This document shows, in pieces, positions 21,820-31,172 of a DNA stretch of 32,000 nucleotides (its first letter is position 1; each line of letters begins with the position of its first letter). The stretch is taken from NCBI GenBank assembly GCA_030604855.1, contig JAUVVC010000001.1, positions 120,001 to 152,000 of the forward strand, given 5' to 3'. The notes below the pieces were generated by a model, which was not told the origin of the DNA, ran no database searches, and saw only the letters and a program-made list of their open reading frames with translations. The translations under genes were made by a program, and so were the position numbers. Source of the stretch: Erysipelotrichaceae bacterium (lineage in GTDB: Bacteria > Bacillota_I > Bacilli_A > Erysipelotrichales > Erysipelotrichaceae).

Positions 21820-24348
21820 ATGAAAAAAATGTTACTGGTGGATGGCAATTCACTCTTCTTTAGGGCTTATTATGCGACGGCGTACACCCGCATGACCACG
21901 ACGTCTTTTGGGGTACCTACCAATGCGGTTTATGGCTTTGCGATGATGCTCAATAAAGCGATCGAATTGGTTCAACCCCAAGCCATGGTCGTGGCTTTTG
22001 ACAGTGGGAAGAAGACTTTCCGTCATGATCAATATGAAGACTATAAAGGAACCCGTAAATCCTTGCCCGATGAACTGATCGCTCAATTTCCCATCGTTCG
22101 TGAATACTGTGATGCGGCAGGTTTGTGTTATTGGCAGGAAGATGGTTTGGAAGCCGATGACATCATCGGTTCTTTAGTCAAACGTTATCCCGATTGGGAC
22201 ATCAATGTCTTGAGCAGTGATAAAGATTTATTACAACTGATCGATAAAACCACCTCCGTATGGTTGATGAAAAAAGGCTTGACGGAGATTGAGGAGATGG
22301 ATGAAAGCAAGCTCCAAGAAATGTGGGGACTACGCCCCGATCAGATACCGGATCTCAAGGGTCTGATGGGCGATGCCTCGGACAATATTCCAGGACTTCC
22401 TGGTGTTGGGGAGAAGACGGCCTTGAAGCTTCTGAGTGAATATGGCAGTGTCGAAAATGTGATTGCCAATGTGGAACAACTCAAGGGCAAACTTAAGGAG
22501 AACGTGCAGAATTTTCATGAGAAAGCGACGTTTTCAAAATGGTTGGCCACCATTAAGACCGATGCAGAGATTCATGTGAAGTTGGAGGACAGTTTGTACC
22601 AAGCCGATGTGGCGGGAGCCAATGCCTTCTATGAAAAATACGAGATGAAGAGCATGATCAAGGAAGTCGGTGTCCAAGCGGAAGCCTTGAAGCAAGTATC
22701 GATTGAAGTTGTGAATTTCGATCAACCCTTGTCTTTATTTGGTCATTATCGTTTGGATGGTGATTGGCCCCATACCTTATTGGGCATCGCTTTAAGCGAT
22801 GGTTCAAACAGCAGCTATCTTGAAATGGATGAATGGGACAAACTGAAAGAATATCATGCACGTTTAGCCCAACATAAAGCCTTGTATGTGTATGATGCCA
22901 AGAGTTTGTATCATGCGCAGACTGATGCGTTTAAATTGCCTTCTTTTGTCTATGACGTGATGATGATGGCCTTCATTGAGGACAGCAATCTCAACACCTT
23001 CGATAAGGTCAAAGAGAAGCTGGATTGGCCATCTTATCCAACCGCGCGCATCGATGATGAGAACACCCAGAAGTGTGTGGAGATCGCTCAACGTTTATTG
23101 AAGAGTGGACAAAGCATACAGGAGCGTTTAGTCGAAAACGATCTATGGTCGGTTTATAAGGAGATTGATTATCCTTTGGTGGACATTCTTTATCGCATGG
23201 AGAAGGAAGGCATTCATGTCAAACAAGAAATCTTGGAAGACATCGCCTCTAACACCCTTCAGAAGCTCAATACTTTGAGTGAAATCATCTATGGGCATGC
23301 GGGTCAAAGCTTCAACATCAACTCGCCGAAACAATTGGGTGAGATCTTGTTCAATCAATTGAATCTGAGTGCGAATCGCAAACAATCCACGTCCATCGAT
23401 GTCTTGGAATCTTTACGTCATGAACATCCGATCATCGAACCTTTGATCGAATATCGTAAATACCAAAAGATCTATTCCACTTATGCCATCGGTCTACAGA
23501 AATTCATCCAGAAGGACCAAAAGATCCATACTGTCTATGCGATGACGATTGCGCAAACAGGGCGTCTCTCTTCTACGGATCCCAACTTGCAAAACATTTC
23601 TATTCGGGATGAGGAAGCCCGTGAGATACGCAAAGCCTTTGTCCCTAGTGTTGGGAATGTATTATATTCCTGTGATTACTCACAGATCGAATTGCGTGTC
23701 TTGGCACATATGGCTGATGAAAAGGCTTTGATTGAAGCCTTCACACAAGGTCTGGATATTCATACCAAGACCGCCATGGACGTCTTTGGACTTCAAAAAG
23801 AAACAGTGGGTCCCAATGAGCGTCGTGCGGCTAAAGCCGTCAACTTTGGCATCATCTATGGCATCTCGGATTTTGGTTTGGCGGCTCAGATCAATACCGA
23901 CCGTAAGACGGCGAAACAGTTCATTGAACGTTATTTGAAGACTTATCAAGGCATATCGACTTACATGGATCAGACCATCTTGGATTGTCAAAATCTGGGC
24001 TATGTCGAAACCTTATACAAACGCAGACGCTATCTACCGGAAATCAAATCCAGCAACTATCAAGTACGTGAGTTTGCCAAACGGGCTGCGATGAATGCGC
24101 CGATTCAAGGCAGTGCGGCGGACATCATGAAACTGGCCATGATCAAAGTCGATGAAGCCTTGAAAGAAGCAGATTTGAAGGCGAAAATGATCCTTCAAGT
24201 GCACGATGAATTGGTCTTTGATGTGCCAGTGGAAGAACTTGAAGCCGTGCGTGAGCTTGTCGAAAAAACCATGCGCGATGCGGTCAAGCTGCATGTGCCG
24301 ATGGAAGTGTCCAGTGCCTGGGGTGCGAACTGGTATGAGGCGAAATAA
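21820..24348 (+). CDS. polA: DNA polymerase I
   Basis: 842 aa. 5' nuclease N-terminus (LLVDGNSLFFRAYYA, GDASDNIPGLPGVGEKTA). Polymerase motifs DYSQIELRVLAH, RRAAKAVNFGIIYG and QVHDELVFD. Confidence 0.95.
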   Translation: MKKMLLVDGNSLFFRAYYATAYTRMTTTSFGVPTNAVYGFAMMLNKAIELVQPQAMVVAFDSGKKTFRHDQYEDYKGTRKSLPDELIAQFPIVREYCDAAGLCYWQEDGLEADDIIGSLVKRYPDWDINVLSSDKDLLQLIDKTTSVWLMKKGLTEIEEMDESKLQEMWGLRPDQIPDLKGLMGDASDNIPGLPGVGEKTALKLLSEYGSVENVIANVEQLKGKLKENVQNFHEKATFSKWLATIKTDAEIHVKLEDSLYQADVAGANAFYEKYEMKSMIKEVGVQAEALKQVSIEVVNFDQPLSLFGHYRLDGDWPHTLLGIALSDGSNSSYLEMDEWDKLKEYHARLAQHKALYVYDAKSLYHAQTDAFKLPSFVYDVMMMAFIEDSNLNTFDKVKEKLDWPSYPTARIDDENTQKCVEIAQRLLKSGQSIQERLVENDLWSVYKEIDYPLVDILYRMEKEGIHVKQEILEDIASNTLQKLNTLSEIIYGHAGQSFNINSPKQLGEILFNQLNLSANRKQSTSIDVLESLRHEHPIIEPLIEYRKYQKIYSTYAIGLQKFIQKDQKIHTVYAMTIAQTGRLSSTDPNLQNISIRDEEAREIRKAFVPSVGNVLYSCDYSQIELRVLAHMADEKALIEAFTQGLDIHTKTAMDVFGLQKETVGPNERRAAKAVNFGIIYGISDFGLAAQINTDRKTAKQFIERYLKTYQGISTYMDQTILDCQNLGYVETLYKRRRYLPEIKSSNYQVREFAKRAAMNAPIQGSAADIMKLAMIKVDEALKEADLKAKMILQVHDELVFDVPVEELEAVRELVEKTMRDAVKLHVPMEVSSAWGANWYEAK

Positions 24349-25154
24349 TGCCTGAATTACCAGAAGTTGAGACGGTCGTACGGATTCTGGATGAACAGAT
24401 CACCCATCATCGATTGATAGATAGTTCTGTTTATTGGGATAAGACGATCGTGAATCGGGATGAACTCATCGCCTTGAATGGACAACAGGTCCAAAAGGTT
24501 TCGCGTCGGGGAAAATACATTCTTTGGCAGATGGAGACCGCAACGATCCTCATTCATTTGCGCATGGAAGGGAAGTTCTACAAACTTGCGAAGAATGAAG
24601 CTCGAAACAAGCATTCGCATGTGATCTTTCACTTCGATGACTTTGATTTGGCATTCAATGATACGCGTAAATTTGGTAGAATTGAAGTTAGCCAAGATCT
24701 GGAACATTTCTTCAATCATAAACTGGGTTTAGAACCTTGGGATGAACTCTTAACCAAAGAATATCTAAGAAACAAAGCGCGTTCGCGCAAGGTGCATCTC
24801 AAAACCTTCCTCTTGGACCAATCGGTCATTGCCGGCATCGGCAACATCTATGCGGATGAAATCTGCTTCAAATTGAAGCTTTCACCCTTTACCCGTGTCC
24901 ACCGTATTCCGCTTTATAAATGGGAGGAATGCGTGGATGTGACCCGTCAAGTGTTGCAAGAAGCCATTGACTCAGGTGGCTCGACGATTCGTTCGTATAC
25001 CGCCAGTTTGGGCATCACCGGCCGTTTCCAACTACGGATCCATGTCTATGGACGGGCCAATCAACCCTGTCATGACTGTCATACCCATTTGATCAGAAGC
25101 GTGGTTGGACAACGCTCAACCGTTTATTGTCCACAGTGTCAAAAGAGGCTTTAA
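24348..25154 (+). CDS. mutM: Formamidopyrimidine-DNA glycosylase
   Basis: MPELPEVETV N-terminus and C-terminal zinc finger CHDC...CPQCQ. TAATG overlap with polA. Confidence 0.9.
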   Translation: MPELPEVETVVRILDEQITHHRLIDSSVYWDKTIVNRDELIALNGQQVQKVSRRGKYILWQMETATILIHLRMEGKFYKLAKNEARNKHSHVIFHFDDFDLAFNDTRKFGRIEVSQDLEHFFNHKLGLEPWDELLTKEYLRNKARSRKVHLKTFLLDQSVIAGIGNIYADEICFKLKLSPFTRVHRIPLYKWEECVDVTRQVLQEAIDSGGSTIRSYTASLGITGRFQLRIHVYGRANQPCHDCHTHLIRSVVGQRSTVYCPQCQKRL

Positions 25155-25738
25155 TGAAACGAATCGCAATCACAGGGTCGATGGGCAGTGGTAAATCGAC
25201 GGTCAGCCAAATCTTAAGTCAATGGGGATACCCAGTTTTTGATGCGGATAAGATTGCGAAAGAGGTGCTGGAAAGTGATCAGACCAAAAATCACTTGCTT
25301 GAGCGCTATGGCATCGATGTTTTAAACATCGATCAAAGCGTCAATAAGTCCTTCTTGGCTTCACGCATCTTCAATCATCTTGAAGATAAGCAACATCTCG
25401 AAGCCATCATCCATCCTCAGGTCTATGCCAAGATCTTAAGCATTGAATGTGATCATCTGATGTTTGTGGAAGTGCCACTACTGTATGAAAGTCAGGGTGA
25501 GCGCTACTTTGATGAAGTCTGGGTGATCGTGAGTGAAGAAGCGATTTTAAGGGAACGTTTGAAGAAAAACCGTGGCTATACCGACGCAATGATCGATGAG
25601 CGCTGGATCCATCAAATGCCCCAAGCCGAGAAGATCAAACGAGCGGATGTCGTCCTTGTGAATGATGACGATCTGGAGACCTTGGAAACATCCATTAAGA
25701 AAGCCTTGAAACGATATGAACCTACAAGTACAGGATAA
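25154..25738 (+). CDS. coaE: Dephospho-CoA kinase
   Basis: MKRIAITGSMGSGKST P-loop at the N-terminus. ATG 25154 (TAATG overlap with mutM, AAGAGG upstream) is preferred over TTG 25127. Confidence 0.85.
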   Translation: MKRIAITGSMGSGKSTVSQILSQWGYPVFDADKIAKEVLESDQTKNHLLERYGIDVLNIDQSVNKSFLASRIFNHLEDKQHLEAIIHPQVYAKILSIECDHLMFVEVPLLYESQGERYFDEVWVIVSEEAILRERLKKNRGYTDAMIDERWIHQMPQAEKIKRADVVLVNDDDLETLETSIKKALKRYEPTSTG

Positions 25739-26876
25739 ATACATCATTGAATGGCCAGAAGAAGAACAAGATTGGCGTTCGCTCTATCGCGTGTATCAAC
25801 GTTTGATCGGTGCGAGTGCTTTGGCCTTGTATGGCTTTCTTTGGCACGGTAAGCAAAACAGACAAGAAGAAGACATCCAGAGTCTTTGCGATGCCTTAAG
25901 TGTCACCTTGGCCAAATGTGATCAGGATCTGACCCGACTCGAACAGTTCGATCTCTTGGAGATCTATGTTCAATACCATAAATTGGGTAATCATTACATC
26001 TTTAAATTGAAACCTGCCTTGCCTGTCCATGATTTCTTGAAACATGAAGTCTTTGGACGCTTGTTCATCCAAGTCTGTGGCGCGAGCCAATACGAATACA
26101 TCCTTGAACAAAACACATCAAGTTGCTTATCCAAAGAAGGCTACGAAATGCTTCGTCATCCGTTGGATAAAGCTTTTTTACAGAATTGGACCACCCAGGC
26201 CGAACAGAAGTTCGTCGGTCAGGAAGCCCCTAAAAACAACCGTCAAGATCTCAGTTTCGACATTAAGAGCTTCTTGGTGGAATGTAGCTTGATTCTCTTT
26301 CCAAAACATTATCGGACACAGACCGCCATCGATGCGATCAAAGAAATCGGAAGCATCTATGGCATCTCCGTGCGTCGAATGGTGGATCTGGTCGGCAAAG
26401 CCTATGTGGCTAATGAATCCAGCCTGAACATCAAACGCTTGCGTAGCCTAGCATCCAAGGAACTTGTCTCAGAAGTGCCAGTGGTCAATTCTCCGTATGA
26501 ATATCCACCGGTCATTTTCCTCAAGAAACTTAGAAAAGACATTGAACCCACAGCCTTGGAAAAATACCTCTTGAATCAATTGGTTTCGGTCATGGGCCTC
26601 AATCCGCAAGTCGTCAACGTCTTGATCGAAGCGAGCTTCAAAGCCAATCGCCAGGTCATCAACACACGCAATGTGGAAATGATCGCTTTGCAGTGGGCAA
26701 GTTTGAACATCAACAGCTTAGAGAAAGCCAAGGCTCAAGCCAGCCAAAGCTTTAAAACCAATACGAAGCGCAGAGTTGAGAAAGCCAGTGATTATCCGGA
26801 AGCCAAACAAGAAAGTTTGAGCTTCGAGGAAGAAAAGGCTTTGATGGAAGCCTTTATGAAATTGGGAGATGAATGA
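25716..26876 (+). CDS. dnaB: Replication initiation/membrane attachment protein, Bacillus DnaB-type (helicase loader partner, not the replicative helicase)
   Basis: YRVYQRLIGASALALYGFLW resembles the Bacillus DnaB N-terminal DDBH1 region. Located directly upstream of dnaI, as in Bacilli. Confidence 0.7.
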   Translation: MNLQVQDKYIIEWPEEEQDWRSLYRVYQRLIGASALALYGFLWHGKQNRQEEDIQSLCDALSVTLAKCDQDLTRLEQFDLLEIYVQYHKLGNHYIFKLKPALPVHDFLKHEVFGRLFIQVCGASQYEYILEQNTSSCLSKEGYEMLRHPLDKAFLQNWTTQAEQKFVGQEAPKNNRQDLSFDIKSFLVECSLILFPKHYRTQTAIDAIKEIGSIYGISVRRMVDLVGKAYVANESSLNIKRLRSLASKELVSEVPVVNSPYEYPPVIFLKKLRKDIEPTALEKYLLNQLVSVMGLNPQVVNVLIEASFKANRQVINTRNVEMIALQWASLNINSLEKAKAQASQSFKTNTKRRVEKASDYPEAKQESLSFEEEKALMEAFMKLGDE

Positions 26877-27802
26877 TGGAAAAGTTGAACTTCGAATTTG
26901 AATTGAGTCCGAGTCAGAAATTGGATCGTGAAGAACTCATCAAAGGGTTGTTAAGGAACATGCATGTCCAAACCTTTCTAACGAATCATCATTTGGATGC
27001 GAGTTTCGTATCGGATAATGCGTCCAAACTCAGCACTTGGCTTGCTCATTTAGAGAAATGCAAGAACTGTGTGGGTCTGCATGCTTGCCGTCAAGAAGAG
27101 ACGGGCTATGTCTTGGGGCTGCAGTTGGATCCTTTGTTGAGTTTTGAACTTCAAGCCTGTGCGTACCAAATGAATTATTTGAAACAAACTGAACACAAAT
27201 CTAAATTCAGTGTATTGGATTGTCCGGAAAATTATCTATTGGCGGATGTGCGTAATCTTTTGAAGGTGAAGGCTGATTCGCAATACATTCAATCGATTAA
27301 AGACATACCGACATGGTTGACGCAGAACCCCCGTCAAGGTTTATACATCTATGGTGGTTTGGGAGTGGGCAAAACCTACTTGGCCATGGCTATTCTGAAT
27401 TATCATGCGAAACAGAATGTGAAGGTTGCCTTTGTGAATGTGCCGGAATTGGCGTATCAATTCTACAGCTCATATACGGAAGATGATCAGAGAACGATCA
27501 AGCTGGAACGCTTGAAGCAAGCGAGCATCGTCGTGTTTGATGATATCGGTGCGGAAACCTATTCGTCCTACTTCCGAGATGAGGTGTTGTTTCCTTTGTT
27601 AAATGGTCGTATGGAAGCGAAAAAGATGACCTTATTCACATCCAATCATGATCTCGCGAACCTCGCGGTGCATTTTCGCTTCAATGCCAAAGGCGACGAT
27701 GAGAGCTTGAAATCACGGCGTTTGTTGGAGCGCATCGAACGTTTGGCGAAACCCTTGTATTTGGCTGGAATGAATCGTCGAAACAATGAAAATCCAGTGT
27801 AA
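26873..27802 (+). CDS. dnaI: Primosomal helicase loader DnaI
   Basis: N-terminal Cys/His cluster CKNCVGLHAC. AAA+ Walker A GGLGVGKTYL and Walker B VVFDDIGAE. ATGA overlap with the dnaB-like gene. Confidence 0.85.
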   Translation: MMEKLNFEFELSPSQKLDREELIKGLLRNMHVQTFLTNHHLDASFVSDNASKLSTWLAHLEKCKNCVGLHACRQEETGYVLGLQLDPLLSFELQACAYQMNYLKQTEHKSKFSVLDCPENYLLADVRNLLKVKADSQYIQSIKDIPTWLTQNPRQGLYIYGGLGVGKTYLAMAILNYHAKQNVKVAFVNVPELAYQFYSSYTEDDQRTIKLERLKQASIVVFDDIGAETYSSYFRDEVLFPLLNGRMEAKKMTLFTSNHDLANLAVHFRFNAKGDDESLKSRRLLERIERLAKPLYLAGMNRRNNENPV

Positions 27803-27826
27803 AATTTACACAAGAGTACATAATAA

Positions 27827-27835
27827 TGTTAAAAT
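27827..27835 (+). promoter_or_regulatory. Extended -10 element for pfkA-pyk
   Basis: TGTTAAAAT lies 26 nt upstream of ATG 27861. SD AAGGAGG lies in between. Confidence 0.4.
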
Positions 27836-27860
27836 TGTTCTGGATTAAGGAGGCATATCG

Positions 27861-28823
27861 ATGCTAAAACGGATTGGAGTTCTCACCTCTGGAGGTGACT
27901 CACCAGGCATGAATGCAGCGATTCGTGCGGTGACACGTTCTGCCTTATCACAAGGGATCGAAGTCGTTGCCATCGAAGATGGATTCAAAGGCATGGTCGA
28001 AGGATCCATGTATTTGATGAACACACGTTCAGTCAGTGATATTCTCTATCGGGGAGGGACCATCTTGGGATCTGCCCGACTACCAGAATTCAAAGATATC
28101 GAAGTTCGTAAAGTCGCCGTTGCGAAATTGAAGGAATTTGGCGTCGAAGCGGTTGTGGTGATCGGTGGTGATGGGACCTATCGAGGTGCGATGGCACTGA
28201 CGGATATGGGCATCAACTGCATCGGCTTACCGGGTACGATCGACAATGACATCGTTTCAACCGATTATACGATTGGTTTTGATACGGCGTTGAACACCGT
28301 CATTCAGAATATTGATAAATTAAGGGATACCAGTTCTTCGCATCATCGTTGTTCGGTGGTGGAAGTGATGGGGAATAAATGTGGGGATCTTGCGATTTAT
28401 TCAGGTTTGAGTTGTGGCGCTGAGATCATCGTGACGCAGGAAACGGGTTATGATGAACAAGAGGTTTTGGCGAAACTGCGCGAATTGGATATGAATCGTA
28501 AGAAGAAGCATGCGATCGTCGTCATCAGTGAGAAGATCACGGATGTCGAGATGTTGGCTGCAAAAATCAGTAAGGCGACTGGATTTTCAGGTCGTTCAAC
28601 GGTTTTGGGTCACATTCAAAGAGGTGGCTCGCCCACCGCATTCGACCGTGTCTTAGCGACCCGTATGGGGGATTATGCGGTTGAACTATTAGTGAAAGGA
28701 ATCGGGGGCCATTGCGTTGGAATGGTTCACAATGAGATCACTTCCTTTCCAATTGAAGAAGCATTGGCCATGCCAAAGGCTTCACGCAAGGCTTTATTTG
28801 CCTTGCACCAACGTTTGATCTAG
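27861..28823 (+). CDS. pfkA: ATP-dependent 6-phosphofructokinase
   Basis: IGVLTSGGDSPGMNAAIRAV, IGGDGTYRGA, PGTIDND, LGHIQRGG. Confidence 0.95.
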   Translation: MLKRIGVLTSGGDSPGMNAAIRAVTRSALSQGIEVVAIEDGFKGMVEGSMYLMNTRSVSDILYRGGTILGSARLPEFKDIEVRKVAVAKLKEFGVEAVVVIGGDGTYRGAMALTDMGINCIGLPGTIDNDIVSTDYTIGFDTALNTVIQNIDKLRDTSSSHHRCSVVEVMGNKCGDLAIYSGLSCGAEIIVTQETGYDEQEVLAKLRELDMNRKKKHAIVVISEKITDVEMLAAKISKATGFSGRSTVLGHIQRGGSPTAFDRVLATRMGDYAVELLVKGIGGHCVGMVHNEITSFPIEEALAMPKASRKALFALHQRLI

Positions 28824-28831
28824 GAGAAACC

Positions 28832-30256
28832 ATGAGAGAAATTCGTAAAACTAAAATTGTATGTACACTGGGCCCTGCGACCGAAACGCCAGAAATGGTT
28901 CAAAAGCTCGCTGAAATCGGGATGAACATCGTTCGTCTCAACTTCTCGCACGGCAACCATGAAGACCATGGCAAACGTATCAAAATGGTGCGTGAAGTCA
29001 GTGATGTGGCAGGCTTCAACTTGGCCATCATGTTGGACACCAAGGGTCCTGAAATCCGTTGTGGCGTGATGGAAGGCGATGTCTTGCATTTCAAGAAGGG
29101 CGATGTCGTCAAAGTCGTTAAAGAAGCGGTCGTTGGAAACAATGAACGTTTCCATGTGGACTGTCCTGAAATGTATGCCGATGTCAAACCCGGGAACTAC
29201 TTGTTGATTGATGATGGAAAGATGCGTTTGACCATCACCGATGTGGAACCGGGTGTTTTGACCTGCCGCGTTGAAAATCCAGGTGTGATCAAGACACGTA
29301 AGGGTGTCAATGTCCCGAATGTAAAATTATCCATGCCGTTCATCTCTGAAAAGGATGAAGGCGATCTGCGTTTTGGTTGTAAGATGGATGTCGATTTCGT
29401 TGCGGCGAGCTTTGTACGAAGAGCGTCCGATGTCTTGGCCATTCGTAAGATCTTGTTGTCGGAAGGCAAGTCTAAGATTCAAATCATCGCTAAGATTGAA
29501 AACCAAGAAGGTTATGACAACTTGGATGAGATTTTGGAAGTATCCGATGGTGTCATGGTTGCGCGTGGCGATTTGGGTGTTGAAGTCAGTACCCAATTGG
29601 TTCCGATCTATCAAAAGAAAATCATCAAGCGTGCGAATGAAGTGGGTAAACCCGTCATCACCGCAACGCATATGTTGGAGTCCATGATGGGCAATCCGCG
29701 TCCAACGCGAGCAGAAGCCAGTGACGTGGCAAATGCGGTCTTGGATGGCAGTGATGCGATCATGTTGAGTGGTGAAACAGCGGCAGGGGATTATCCTTTG
29801 GAAGCAGTCACGACGATGGACATCATCTCACGTGCGATGGAAGAGATTCTTCCGTACCGTGAACGTTTGGATCAAGCGATCAAGTCGTCACGTAAGACGA
29901 TTCAAGATGCGATCGGGATTTCGGTTGCGGACTCTGCGTTGCAACTGGATAAGGTGAAAGCCATTGTGGCCTTTACCCAAGGAGGGTCTACGGCTCGACG
30001 AATTTCGAAGTTCCGCCCTCCAGTGCCTATATTCGCAGTTACCTTTACAAAGTCGGTGCAACGTAAGTTGGAATCACATTGGGGTGTCATCCCAATCTTG
30101 TCGGATATTCAGAATGAAATGACGAACGATGATGAATTGGCAACGATCATTGCCAAAGATCGTGGTTTGGTTCGTGGTGACTATGTCATCATTACCGCTG
30201 GGTATCCTACCGGTGAGGGTACCGCCAACATGATGAAAATTGTTGAAATCAAATAG
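28832..30256 (+). CDS. pyk: Pyruvate kinase (no C-terminal PEP-utiliser extension)
   Basis: KTKIVCTLGP, NFSHG, MVARGDLGVE, ATHMLESM. 474 aa. Confidence 0.95.
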   Translation: MREIRKTKIVCTLGPATETPEMVQKLAEIGMNIVRLNFSHGNHEDHGKRIKMVREVSDVAGFNLAIMLDTKGPEIRCGVMEGDVLHFKKGDVVKVVKEAVVGNNERFHVDCPEMYADVKPGNYLLIDDGKMRLTITDVEPGVLTCRVENPGVIKTRKGVNVPNVKLSMPFISEKDEGDLRFGCKMDVDFVAASFVRRASDVLAIRKILLSEGKSKIQIIAKIENQEGYDNLDEILEVSDGVMVARGDLGVEVSTQLVPIYQKKIIKRANEVGKPVITATHMLESMMGNPRPTRAEASDVANAVLDGSDAIMLSGETAAGDYPLEAVTTMDIISRAMEEILPYRERLDQAIKSSRKTIQDAIGISVADSALQLDKVKAIVAFTQGGSTARRISKFRPPVPIFAVTFTKSVQRKLESHWGVIPILSDIQNEMTNDDELATIIAKDRGLVRGDYVIITAGYPTGEGTANMMKIVEIK

Positions 30257-30265
30257 GGGACAAAC

Positions 30266-31165
30266 ATGAGAACTGTAATCGGGATTGATTTGGGTGGCAC
30301 CAATGCACGTGTTGCCAAAGTGACTGAAGATGGTCAAATCTTACAAGTCGTAAGCGCTCCTTCGCATGCTTTGGAAGGTACTGAAAAAGTCATGGATAAT
30401 CTCAAGGCTTTGATCCGTCAGATCAAAGGTTTAGATGAAGTCATTGGAATCGGTATTGGTGTTCCGGGCCCTGTGGATACCGTTCGTGGTGTCATGACCA
30501 TGGCAACCAATCTACCCGGTTTTGAAAACTATCCGATGGCTCAAGAAATTGAACGTGAGTTCAATAAGCCGACCTATGTCGATAACGATGCGAACGTCGC
30601 AGGTTTAGCGGAAGCTTTGGTTGGGGCTGGTAAAGGTTATAAGATCGTTTACTACATGACGCATTCAACCGGTGTCGGCGGCGCGTTGGTCGTCGATGGC
30701 AAAGTCGTTTCAGGTAAGAACGGTTATGCCGGTGAAGTTGGAAACATCATCGTCACCAGCGAAGGTGAGAAGATCAATCACTTGAACGTTGGGGCAGCTG
30801 AGAATGTCTTCAGTGGAACCGCTTTGGTCAAATTGGCTCAAAAGGAATTGGATCCTAAGATTACTTCCGCCAAAGCCATCTTTGATTTGGCTCAAGAAGG
30901 CAATGAAAAAGCCATAAAGATGATCGATGACATGGCGTATCACTTTGCACTTTTGTGCTCTGCGATCGGCCATGTGGTGGATCCCCATGTGTTTGTCATC
31001 GGTGGTGGGGTTGCGAAGTCCCATGCGTTCTACTTTGATAAAATTTTAAGCAATTACAATAATTTAGTGCATGTCGGCATGCGCAATCCGCTTTTCAAAC
31101 GTGCTGAGCTCAGTGAGCCTGGTATCGTTGGGGCGGCCATGCTTCCAATATCACACGGAAAATAG
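30266..31165 (+). CDS. ROK-family sugar kinase (glucokinase-like) lacking the ROK zinc motif
   Basis: IGIDLGGTN, DNDANVAGLAE and GVGGALVVDGK are present. The expected GH...CxCGxxGCxE segment reads GEVGNIIVTSEGEKINHLNVGAAEN. Confidence 0.75.
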   Translation: MRTVIGIDLGGTNARVAKVTEDGQILQVVSAPSHALEGTEKVMDNLKALIRQIKGLDEVIGIGIGVPGPVDTVRGVMTMATNLPGFENYPMAQEIEREFNKPTYVDNDANVAGLAEALVGAGKGYKIVYYMTHSTGVGGALVVDGKVVSGKNGYAGEVGNIIVTSEGEKINHLNVGAAENVFSGTALVKLAQKELDPKITSAKAIFDLAQEGNEKAIKMIDDMAYHFALLCSAIGHVVDPHVFVIGGGVAKSHAFYFDKILSNYNNLVHVGMRNPLFKRAELSEPGIVGAAMLPISHGK

Positions 31166-31172
31166 GAGTTTT

